NCBI GenBank assembly: GCA_965214705.1
Contig: OZ243972.1
Span: forward strand, 1,568,001 to 1,632,000
DNA from: Alphaproteobacteria bacterium
GTDB lineage: Bacteria > Pseudomonadota > Alphaproteobacteria > UBA828
Length of the DNA: 64,000 bases
Direction: 5' to 3'
Shown here: positions 30,998 through 40,309 of the stretch, in pieces
How positions within the stretch are numbered: position 1 is the stretch's first letter
How the letters are laid out: every line of letters starts with the position of its first letter
Translations under genes and position numbers: made by a program
Notes under the pieces: generated by a model
What the model was told of the DNA's origin: nothing
What the model saw: only the letters and a program-made list of their open reading frames with translations
Database searches by the model: none

Positions 30998-31090
30998 GGC
31001 CGATCCCTTAATCCGATTCGCCAATGCGTGACCAGGGAAAAGTGCAGGCGGGACCTCGACAAAAATCTGCGGACCCGCCTGCGTCTCGCC

Positions 31091-31441
31091 TCACTCCGCC
31101 GCCAGCGGGCGGCGAACCGGGCGGGCCTTCACCCGGCGCCAGTCGAGGCCCTCGAAGAGAGCCTCGAACTGGCCCTTCGTAAGGCGAATCACACCGTCCT
31201 CGATCCGGGGCCAGGCGAAGCGGCCTTGCTCCAGACGCTTGTAGGTCATCACCAGACCGGTCCCGTCCCAGGTGAGAAGCTTGAGCCTGTCCCCGCGGCG
31301 CGAGCGGAAGATCACGATCACCCCGGAATAGATATCGAGGTCCAGCTCCCTCGCCGCCGTCGCCGCAAGCGCGTCGTGGCCGCGACGAAAATCAACCGGA
31401 CGCGTCGCCAACACGATGCGAAGCGAGGGCACCGCGATCAT
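31091..31441 (-). CDS. tnpB: IS66 accessory protein TnpB
   Basis: PVDFRRG, FRSRRGDRLK, WDGTG, KRLEQGRFAWP. Confidence 0.93.
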   Translation of the reverse strand: MIAVPSLRIVLATRPVDFRRGHDALAATAARELDLDIYSGVIVIFRSRRGDRLKLLTWDGTGLVMTYKRLEQGRFAWPRIEDGVIRLTKGQFEALFEGLDWRRVKARPVRRPLAAE

Positions 31442-32040
31442 GACGACGCACGACCCAGGCCCGAGGCCACAGCCACGATCCGATCGACCGCGCTCTCCAC
31501 CGGAAGGCGAACGACGACGCCCAGCGCCTCAATCGCGACCGTCCGCTCGGACGCAGACCCGTCAACTACAACCGGAATATAGGGGGGCGAAGACCCGGCT
31601 CCCTGCCGATCGCCACCAGCGTCACTCGCCGCCTGGCGACGCCAGGTGCGCAGCGTCTTCTCGCTGATGCCGTGACGGCGGGCAACTGCCGATATCGATG
31701 CATCCGGGCGCTCGCTCTCCGCAACAATCCGCGCCTTCACATCAGCCGGCCAAGGCCGGCCACGCCGCTTCCCGGAAGCCGCTGACCGACTGCGCCACTG
31801 ACGAAGAGTTTGTGCGCTGATGCCGTGGCGAGCCGCGACCTCCTTCTGCACAACTCCCGGCCTGTCGCTCTCCGCGACGATCCGTGCCTTCTCCTCGGCG
31901 GACCATGACCGCCGAGTGTGATCAGCCGGAACAGTTGCCGTAGATGGGGCTGCGGCAGATGGGGCGGCCTCTTCAGGCGCTCGCGCCTCGACCGAGTGAC
32001 CGCCGAACTCGTGGCCACGCAGAAAATCCAAATCCTTCAT
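31438..32040 (-). CDS. tnpA: IS66 TnpA with two tandem HTH modules
   Basis: Two copies of W...KARIVAES..P....VA.RHGIS..TLR.WR. Confidence 0.85.
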   Translation of the reverse strand: MKDLDFLRGHEFGGHSVEARAPEEAAPSAAAPSTATVPADHTRRSWSAEEKARIVAESDRPGVVQKEVAARHGISAQTLRQWRSRSAASGKRRGRPWPADVKARIVAESERPDASISAVARRHGISEKTLRTWRRQAASDAGGDRQGAGSSPPYIPVVVDGSASERTVAIEALGVVVRLPVESAVDRIVAVASGLGRASS

Positions 32041-32142
32041 CGCGATGCCTCCTCCAAGGCTCCTTGCCAAGGCCAAGAGTCAGCCGCGAAATCAGATGCG
32101 TTGGAAGTATGGGGCCTCGATACCGCTTACGTTGAACATAAG

Positions 32143-32985
32143 ACGGATGCGGCCACCGGCGAGCACGGCGACCTGCTCGACCTCATCCGCATCGCCACCG
32201 GCGCGGGCTCGCTCCTCGCCGCCCTCGCCGAGGCGCGCGCCTTCCTCTCGCTCCCGCCCGCGACCGCCACCGATGGCGGCTCCGACTCCTACGACCGCAC
32301 GGAAGCGGCGCGCCGCCTGTGGCAGCGCTGCCGCGCCATCGACGGCACCCATGCCGAGGCCTATCTGCGCGCCAGAGCGATCCACCGCTGCCGCTTCCCG
32401 GCGCTTCGCTACCACCCCGCGCTCTTCTACCGCGACGGCGGCGGCATACGCCGCCTGCCGGCGCTGGTCGCCGCCGTCACCGGCGCCGCGGGGGAACACC
32501 CCGGTCACGGGTCCGTTACCGGCGTCCACCGCACCTGGCTCGATCCCTCGCGCCCGGCCAAGGCGCCCGTGGCGCGCCCGCGCAAGGCGCTCGGCCGCGT
32601 CCACGGGCTGGCCGTGCGCTTCGGCAGCCCGGCGCCGACCACGCTGCTGGTGGGCGAGGGGATCGAGACGGTGCTGTCGCTGGTCACGGCGATGCCGGAC
32701 ACCGTGGCCGCCGCCGCGCTTTCCGCCGGCAGCCTCGGCGCGTTCGCGCCTCCGCCCGGCACAGCCCGGCTCGTCATCGCCCGCGACAACGACCCCGAAG
32801 GCGAGCGGGCGGCGGAACGCCTCGCCCGCCGCTGCGCGCAGGCGGGCGTCCCCGTCCATGTCCTCGTTCCCGAGGGCGAGGACTTCAACGACGACCTGCT
32901 CGCGCTCGGCTCCGCTGCGCTCGCTGCGCGCGTCGCGCCCCTCTTCCGCTTCGCGGGAGAGAGAGGGGAGCGGGAGTCGGTGTGA
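32143..32985 (+). pseudogene. Toprim/primase-like gene, 3' fragment
   Basis: TDAATGEHGDLLD continues GKFTD from 21020; GEGIET, DND, DFN. Confidence 0.85.
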
Positions 32986-33041
32986 ACAAGGCGGGGGAGG
33001 AGAGAGAGAACCCGCCCGCCAGGCACGAAGGGAGCACCCGG

Positions 33042-33281
33042 ATGGGACGCTATCGCACCGACCTCACCTTCCGGCGCATCACGCCGGAGGAATCCCGCAT
33101 CTACCAGGACGGCACCATCGTAGGCGAGGTCTACCGGCAGGAAGACATCCTGAATGCGGGCGCGCACTACTACGTCATCCATCTTTCCGAAGACCATCGC
33201 GGCCCCTTCAAGGTGCACGACCGCTCGCGCATCCGCGCCGAGGCGCAGCGTCTCGTCGACACACATCCGTTGTGGCCGTGA
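33042..33281 (+). CDS. Hypothetical protein
   Basis: ggag RBS; MGRYRTDLTFRRITPEESRIY...; coding-like GC3. Confidence 0.6.
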   Translation: MGRYRTDLTFRRITPEESRIYQDGTIVGEVYRQEDILNAGAHYYVIHLSEDHRGPFKVHDRSRIRAEAQRLVDTHPLWP

Positions 33282-33992
33282 TGACTGCCCCCTCGACCAT
33301 GCCATGCCCTCGTGGATTGTCTTGCGGCCTTCAAGGAAGACTTTGGGCGAGCCGCTTCGCGGCCGAGCTACCCTGCCGAGCCCGCTGCGCGGTCTCGTCC
33401 CTTCGGGCGGGTATCCCTCTCGCCTGCGCTCGCTGCCGCTCGCTGCGCGCTGCGCTTGCCAAAGACAAAGAAGGAGGGGCTTCCAACAAAGGCTCTTCCC
33501 GTCGTTTCGTCCAATCGTCTCACACGTGCTCGCTGCAGCAACCCTGCGGGTCCTACGGTCGCTCCGCTCCCTCCGGCCTGGCCCAGGAAACTCTAAGGCG
33601 GGCCGTGAAGGTCGCCGACCGTGAAGATGGCTTGCGTGTAATCACCGACCTTCCCGTCCTGCAGCGCGCCGGCCCCTGGCGCGGGGCCGCCGCGTCACGC
33701 TGCACCGCATCAAATCCATTCGCGGAACCATTCGTGGCGGCGCCTAGACGCCGGGCAGGCCCAAGCGGGCCCGCCCGGCACGGCGCCGTAATGACCACTG
33801 GAATGGACTTGCTGCGGAGCACCGTTCCCACCGGCACGGCGGCGCCATCTTCCGCACCGAAATCGGCGACCTTCCGCACCGACTCCCGCCCAAGAGCTTC
33901 CAGGGCCAGGTGCTTCCGCTGCGCGCGCGTGACCCGAAAAGGACGTCACGACGGGGCATACCGCCTCGGAGGACGAACCGAAGGAGATCGTC

Positions 33993-34913
33993 ATGATCGA
34001 TACCACCAGCGCTACCGCATCCGCTTCCGCCACCGCAGCAGTCTGCGACAGCATCGCGCTCTATGGCGCCAGCCCTGAGCGCGGCGAGCTCGACAGCCGC
34101 GAGGTCTGGGACGAGGACGACGCCCTCGATGCGCTGAGCGAGGCCATCCGCGTCATGGTGGACGGCGTCACCGTCGACGGCACCCAGATGGCCGACGAGC
34201 GCGAGGCCCTGATGTGGGGCCTGACCAACATGCTGCACTCGCAGGTCACCCGCCTCGACCGGGCCGTCGACCGCATCGCGCCCGAGATGCGCGACCTCGA
34301 GCGCGCGCAGGACGGCACCGAGGTGAAGGCATGGGAGCTGCAGACTCTGACCGACCGCGCACAGAACCTCGGCGACAGGCGCGACGCGTTCGAGAAGCTC
34401 CGCGACGTCGCCGCCGACGCCTACCGTGTCGAGACCGGCGACGTCTGGCGCCCGCGCCACGGATCGCACACCTCGCAGACCGGCCAGCTCACCTCAGCCG
34501 CCATCGACGCCCGCGACTTCCGCCGCGCCCGGCAGGACCGCGAGACCCGCGCGCACCTGCCGGAGGGGACGCTCGTCGCCATCACCGGAGGCAAGACCGT
34601 CAGCGATGCCGACGCCGTCTGGACCACGCTCGACTCCACGCGCGCGAAGTACGGCGACATGGTGCTGCTGCACGGCGGCGGCCCCGGCGTCGAGAAGATC
34701 GCGGCGAGCTGGGCGGATGCGCGCGGTGTCGACCAGGTCGTGTGCCGCCCGGACTGGAAGGCGCACGGCAACGCTGCCCCCTTCCGCCGCAACGACGAGC
34801 TGCTGAACCTACTGCCGAAGGGCGTGATCGCGTTCCCCGGCTCGGGCATCACTGGCAACCTGGTCGACAAAGCGAAGCAGCTCGGCATCCCGGTCATGAG
34901 CGTCGCCGCCTGA
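33993..34913 (+). CDS. DUF2493 (SLOG/YspA-like) domain protein
   Basis: VAITGG, VLLHGG, GVEKIA..WA, AAPFRRND, AFPGSGI; aaggag RBS. Confidence 0.88.
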   Translation: MIDTTSATASASATAAVCDSIALYGASPERGELDSREVWDEDDALDALSEAIRVMVDGVTVDGTQMADEREALMWGLTNMLHSQVTRLDRAVDRIAPEMRDLERAQDGTEVKAWELQTLTDRAQNLGDRRDAFEKLRDVAADAYRVETGDVWRPRHGSHTSQTGQLTSAAIDARDFRRARQDRETRAHLPEGTLVAITGGKTVSDADAVWTTLDSTRAKYGDMVLLHGGGPGVEKIAASWADARGVDQVVCRPDWKAHGNAAPFRRNDELLNLLPKGVIAFPGSGITGNLVDKAKQLGIPVMSVAA

Positions 34914-35079
34914 TGGCGACGCTTCCACCTCAACACCGGAGCCGGTCGCTGCCTCAGCGGCGATCGGCTCCCCCCTTTTCGCCGTGCCCACCACCGCGCT
35001 TCGCAGCTCGGCGCATGCGCGCCTGCGCCGCTCTCGCTCACGCCGTTCACCCGTGGCGACCCGTCGTGCGCCGCCGGCT

Positions 35080-35354
35080 CGCGTCAGGCTCGGCGCTAGC
35101 GCGCCATCGCCCGACGCTCGCTCCGCCGGTTGTGCCGCCCGACCCGTCACCTGGCACCGCCGAAGTGCGGCACCCGCGCCGCACCTCGCGCTCACAACTG
35201 CGCCCTCAAGCGACGGACACCGCTCGTCCGCTACGCGTCCGGCTCGGCGCTTGCGCGCCGTCGCCCGACGCTCGCTGACCACACCGCGTCACCCGACGCG
35301 TCACTCGGCACCGTCGAAGTGAACGACCGCCGTCGCACTTCGCGCTCGCAACTG
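35080..35354. repeat. Two imperfect ~120-bp direct repeats (35080-35200, 35234-35354)
   Basis: cgcgtc(a/c)ggctcggcgct(a/t)gcgcgcc(a/g)tcgcccgacgctcgct...gcacc..cgaagtg...tcgcgctc(a/g)caactg occurs twice. Confidence 0.75.
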
Positions 35355-35559
35355 ACGCGTTGCCTCGCACGATCTGTCGTGCTCGCGTGCGCTTCGCGCC
35401 TCGCTCGTGCGTCGTCGCCGCGTCCTGCGTGACGCAGTGCCGCGACGTCCCCCCCTCGCATCGATCACCCAAGCTGGGGCCTTGACCGTCTTCATGGCTG
35501 TCATAGGCCCCGGCTCTACGGCGGAGCCGCTTTGGCTCTCACACCTAACGCACCCAGGT

Positions 35560-35900
35560 GCAATCCGATGTCACCGATACTTACTACTACGCGGGGGATA
35601 CGGTTATCTACGACAATTTGTCGCAATTCGTAGCTCTTACATGCCGGGAAAAGTTACCCTTTATGGGGAACAAATATTGGGCAGTGTTTTCAACATTCTA
35701 CACTGAGATTACCCAAGAACGTCCCAAGACATACTCTATGACAAAACCTGAGTTTCCCAAAATATACCACGTATCTGGGCCCAATACCTGCTACAATGTG
35801 CCGCTCTAATCGCCTTGCACCTACCGGCGTAAACGTCACGAATCAATCATCTAACCTCAGTGTACGGCGTCCTTGTAACGGTCCCACAGATTGCTTTTCG
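35560..35900. promoter_or_regulatory. AT-rich noncoding region, candidate oriT/regulatory region
   Basis: Sharp GC drop; palindrome cgacaatttgtcg (35611-35623); next to an RHH-like gene; no nic site recognised. Confidence 0.35.
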
Positions 35901-35956
35901 TCCAGTCCCGTTCGGCCGTAACCAAGTTAAGGAAAACAACGCAGGAGCACCGGGTG

Positions 35957-36253
35957 ATGGCAAAATCGGTTGATAGGCACATCCGGATACATCCCCGACA
36001 CTGGAAGCGCATCCAAGACGTCGCAAGGGAGCGCGGCGTGCCAGCAAATCAGGCTTTGGTCGATCTTGCGTTGGAGGCACTCGACAGCCGCCAATGGCCG
36101 CGAGCCGGTCTCGAGATCCTCTTGTTGCGCTCATGCATGTTCACCGCGCAGGCCGTTGCACGTGACATGATCGCCGCCGGGCGCGAGAACGAGGTGAAGC
36201 AGATAGAAAAGAGCATCTCCACAGTCGCTCCCCAACTGCCGTCGGACCTGTAA
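35957..36253 (+). CDS. Putative ribbon-helix-helix DNA-binding protein
   Basis: Alternating RHIRI strand, then W.RI..VARERGV.ANQALV.LA; aggag RBS. Confidence 0.6.
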   Translation: MAKSVDRHIRIHPRHWKRIQDVARERGVPANQALVDLALEALDSRQWPRAGLEILLLRSCMFTAQAVARDMIAAGRENEVKQIEKSISTVAPQLPSDL

Positions 36254-36729
36254 CTCCTACACCAAATCGTTCCGGTCTTGACGGCTATCGCAATCCTGAT
36301 CCAGCTTCCAGTTTGTCGTATACCATTGTCTCTGGACGGGACGTCGTGTCTCTCGTCAGCGCAAGGTCGCGCCATCGATATGCTCTGGGCCCGATCTGCC
36401 GTGTGCAACAATGCTCGGACGCTCTCTGATTTCGTCGCCGGCACGCAGAGCTGTGTGCCGCCTGGTTTCAAAACCTAAGGATGGACCAATTCGACGGGGG
36501 AGAATCAGGTGGCTCAAGAGCACGGGTTAGGGAGTCTTCGGCTGCGCGAGACCGTACGATCGCGTCCGGGAGTTGATGCCGATGGTCTCCCCGGTGTCAG
36601 CGGCGGCAGGATTATGTACCGTGGGCCAATCTTCCAAGCCGGTCGAAAGATGGAGCAGCGACGGGCGCCATCACGCAAGACCAGGGGAGACGCAACGGTT
36701 CGACATTCAGACAGCTCAGGAGCACAGCC

Positions 36730-37758
36730 ATGAGATTGAAGAGTATCGCGAGTGCAATCGCGGCGGCCGCAGCGCTGGCAGCGGCAGGGTCGGTGCAGGG
36801 CGAGGCAGCGACCCTCGACGACGTGATGGCCAAGGACGAACTCTCTTGTGGCATCAACCACGGCGTTGTGGGCTTCGCCTTCACCGACGACGATGGCAAC
36901 TGGACCGGCTTCGACGTCGCCTATTGCAGGGCGCTGGCGGCCGCCGTACTGGGGGATGCTGACAAGGTTTCCTACACGAACCTGACTGGGAAGAACCGCT
37001 TCCCGGCGCTGGCTTCGGGCGAGGTCGATATTCTGTCGCGGAACACCACCTGGACCTTCTCGCGCGATACCGACCTCGGCTTCACCTTCGTCGGCGTCAA
37101 TTACTATGACGGTCAGGGATTTCTGGGGCGCAAGGCGCTCGGCATCTCCAGCGCCAGGGAACTCGACGGCGCCTCGATCTGCATCCAGACCGGCACCACC
37201 ACCGAGCTCAACCTCGCGGATTTCTTCCGCGTCAACCGCATGTCGTACGAGCCGGTGCCGATCGAAACCAATGCCGAGGCTCGGGCTGCCTATGAAGCGG
37301 ACCGTTGCGATATCTACACGACCGACGCGTCCGGCCTGGCGGCAACCCGGGCGTCGTTCGCCGACCCGGATGCACACATGCTGTTTCCCGAGATCATTTC
37401 GAAGGAACCGTTGGCACCTCTGGTGCGCCAGGGTGACGACCAGTGGGCGGATATCGCACGCTGGGTGCTGAACGCTTTGATCACGGCGGAAGAGCTCGGC
37501 GTAACCCAGGCTAGTGTCATGGAGATGGCCGAGGGGACGGATCATCCGGAGATCAACCGGATGCTCGGCACCGAAGGTTCGCTCGGCGACATGCTGGGCC
37601 TCGATTTCCGGTGGGCCGTTCGGGCGATTGCGGCGGAAGGGAACTACGGCGAGATCTACGACCGATACATTGGGCCGGAAACGGCAATCGGTCTGCCGCG
37701 CGGACTGAATGCTCTTTACCGAGACGGTGGCATCCTCTACTCGCCGCCCTTCCGATGA
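36730..37758 (+). CDS. aapJ: General L-amino acid ABC transporter substrate-binding protein (AapJ/BztA-like)
   Basis: Signal peptide; [54 protein letters not shown]. Confidence 0.9.
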   Translation: MRLKSIASAIAAAAALAAAGSVQGEAATLDDVMAKDELSCGINHGVVGFAFTDDDGNWTGFDVAYCRALAAAVLGDADKVSYTNLTGKNRFPALASGEVDILSRNTTWTFSRDTDLGFTFVGVNYYDGQGFLGRKALGISSARELDGASICIQTGTTTELNLADFFRVNRMSYEPVPIETNAEARAAYEADRCDIYTTDASGLAATRASFADPDAHMLFPEIISKEPLAPLVRQGDDQWADIARWVLNALITAEELGVTQASVMEMAEGTDHPEINRMLGTEGSLGDMLGLDFRWAVRAIAAEGNYGEIYDRYIGPETAIGLPRGLNALYRDGGILYSPPFR

Positions 37759-37837
37759 AGTCGAGAGTGCGCGCATCATTTTTCGCACGCCTTGCGCATT
37801 CGCTGCCAGAAAGCAGGCGAGGCAGGGAGCGCCGGAC

Positions 37838-38176
37838 ATGTCGGAGCGCGACTACGAGCTGCTGGTCATAGGATCAGGACCCGCCGGCCATCGGGCAGCG
37901 ATACAGGCGGCGAAGTTCGGCAAGAAGACGGCCGTGGTGGAACGCCAAGCGGTCGTCGGCGGTACCTGCATCAACACCGGCACCATCCCGAGCAAGACGC
38001 TCCGGGAGGCGGTGCTGCACTTCTCCGGCTACCGGGAGCGCAATATCTATGGTGCCTCATACCGGGTGAAGAGGGACATTTCGATGGCGGACCTGCTGGT
38101 CCGCACCGACAACGTCGTCGCCCACGAGCTTGACGTGAACCGCCATCAGCTGCTGCGCAACCGGTCGCGGTCATGA
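37838..38176 (+). pseudogene. sthA: Soluble pyridine nucleotide transhydrogenase, N-terminal fragment
   Basis: [31 protein letters not shown]; ends after ~110 aa. Confidence 0.8.
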
Positions 38177-38360
38177 GCGGGTTCGATTGGATCAGCGCCC
38201 GCTCAACCTGCACGGTCAGCGGGGCGTTCAAGCAACTTGAGGAGGATGTCCAAACTGACTTGAGCGATTTCGCTAAGATGTCGGGGATTATATACCTAAG
38301 TGCCACGGCGCTGGACGCCCGGCACAATATCCGGTGCCGATTGACCGGTGGTGTCCTTGG

Positions 38361-38855
38361 TCAGCCGTCTCGTCGCAATATCAAGTTCCTCCCATCCATT
38401 ATATATTCCGTATAGTTCAGACGCTGTTTGAGAGAAAACCTAGCTCTCCTTTCAATCTCCCTCTCCACTTCGCCCCGACTTTCAATATAGCTCTTTATAG
38501 CTGTGACATCTGCACCCCGTGATTCATAAAGAACATCATCCATTCGACTGCTTATCCGCTCTGTTGGCACCAAGCGCCTAGGAAGAAGTGCAATGAATAT
38601 CTCCATGACACGCACGTGATTGTATTCCGGGTACAGTCTCGCCATGTCAGCCAGCACATAAAGGCCGCGCACGCGAGCTGCCATATTCTCACTGCGCACC
38701 AGTTCAACGGCCATTTTGAATCTCTCGTCAAGAAGACCTTGCTTCGCTGCGATTTGCTGCTTCTGCTCCGTCAAACCCCTGTAAACCGCAACCACCACGC
38801 CCAAAGCTGCCACGATGATCGTTACGATGAACCACCAAACTGGGGCCTCGATCAC
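38361..38855 (-). CDS. Membrane-anchored hypothetical protein
   Basis: N-terminal TM helix; ERF..A.EL..S.....RV.G.Y.L resembles the domain preceding pentapeptide repeats; low GC. Confidence 0.6.
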   Translation of the reverse strand: MIEAPVWWFIVTIIVAALGVVVAVYRGLTEQKQQIAAKQGLLDERFKMAVELVRSENMAARVRGLYVLADMARLYPEYNHVRVMEIFIALLPRRLVPTERISSRMDDVLYESRGADVTAIKSYIESRGEVEREIERRARFSLKQRLNYTEYIMDGRNLILRRDG

Positions 38856-38867
38856 AAGCGCCTCTCC

Positions 38868-39116
38868 TCAGCTCACCGCGCGCTCACCGGCAGCATTGAG
38901 CGTGACGTACTTCGCCAGCTTCATGCCCTTATAGACTTCCGTCTTATGGGGGTCCGGCACGCATGACTGGCGGACGAGCTGAGGGACAGAGACCCCGCAT
39001 CGCTCAATCTCGTCGGCATACTTGATCCCGAATAAGTGGACCATCGCCATGGCTTCACGATGAGGGGCATTGCGGTAGAAGCGGGAGAGGATGGCTGCGA
39101 GTTCGTCCGGTCTCAT
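38868..39116 (-). CDS. Small HTH-like conserved protein
   Basis: Y.NAP...A.VHLFGIKYADEI...TEV.KG.KLAKYV pattern; ggaga RBS. Confidence 0.65.
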   Translation of the reverse strand: MRPDELAAILSRFYRNAPHREAMAMVHLFGIKYADEIERCGVSVPQLVRQSCVPDPHKTEVYKGMKLAKYVTLNAAGERAVS

Positions 39117-39649
39117 GATCTCTCCGCGCTCGCTGCTATCCCGTGAATCACGCTGACGGCCGGCTGGCTCAACAGCTCGCGGTTCTCCGCAATGTCCGCG
39201 TCGATACGGCACACCTCGTTATAGTCGCCGCGGTGAGCTGCCGCCATGCGAAGCACATCAAGGTCGTTCAAAATGCTCTTAGTGAATTCATCCGTGACAG
39301 GCTCCTGAATTGGAGCCCCGGCTTGACATCACCGTGCCGTGCCCATAGAGAAGACAAAGCCGAAGCGTGGCCAGCCGAGGCTCGCAGTTGATCAACAAGC
39401 GCCCGCAGTTCCCGCTGCGGGCGCTTGGCGTTCTAACAGGATTCGTCCGTCACTTCCATTCAGCAAGTGTCAGCGTTCACCCGCAAGAATTCGTCGACAA
39501 AGCGATCAACGAGCTCCGATACATTCGACAGGATGTAGCCTGCGTCCCCGCCGTGTGTACCGGTGCTGCCAGTTTCCCAGGTTCTGGCGAAACCTTCTCT
39601 GCCGGATACCGGGTCATTGAGCCATTTGTTGTAGGCTAAGCCGATGCTA

Positions 39650-39931
39650 TTACGCTCGGCCCACTACAGCCACGTTCACATACACATATGTGAACGGAGC
39701 GTCGGCCTCATATAGCCGGGCCGCACGAAGCCTGCTGCGCACGGCAATCGTGATCGACTCCTTCGTCAACCCAATGTCAGCGGCGTCCTTGTGCAACCCT
39801 TCGATGACCAAGTCCGTGGGCAGACAGTATTGCCAGAGCTGAAAACGGTCGTAGTCACTCACCTCCTCGGCCGATGCCGGTGCGGTGGTGAGTGCGAGCG
39901 CCGCAGCGATCATGATGGAGGCTACTCGCAT
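39650..39931 (-). CDS. Putative exported protein, probably truncated
   Basis: Signal peptide MRVASIMIAAALALTTAPASA; aggag RBS. Confidence 0.5.
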   Translation of the reverse strand: MRVASIMIAAALALTTAPASAEEVSDYDRFQLWQYCLPTDLVIEGLHKDAADIGLTKESITIAVRSRLRAARLYEADAPFTYVYVNVAVVGRA

Positions 39932-40309
39932 GGTGATCTCCTGATGGAGGCAGCTGGGCAGGGACTGTCGAGCCGGCCCACCGACCGTCTGCTAATGGCC
40001 AAGGGCCAAGAGGGCCGCCAATTCTATGAAAGCAATGATGCTGAATCCAAGCACATATCCGAGAAAATTCATCAGCTGATAGTTCCAAGATAATTCTACC
40101 GTGCACTGGATGTTGGGGCAGAACTCCGCAAACCCTGGGAGCGTCGAAGCGGCGCTTTATCCGGCCGGAATTAGGTTATCGTGGCCGGTTTCAATCCAGG
40201 CAGTCAACCAAGGCCGGAAGCATGCATCGTACGAAGCTGGCGATAGGAACTGCATTGGCGCCCGGCAGCGTCTGGAGCCTGCGCCGCGTACTCACAAATC
40301 AATTGCCGG

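Larger units (their letters stand above)
29202..32130 (-). mobile_element. IS66-family element
   Basis: Ends gtaagcg...cgcttac; 8-bp TSD gttgaaca at 29194-29201 and 32131-32138; tnpA-tnpB-tnpC. Confidence 0.95.

Noticed and set aside
34930-35470. CRISPR array
   Set aside because: Only two long imperfect repeats, no regular repeat-spacer period, no cas genes
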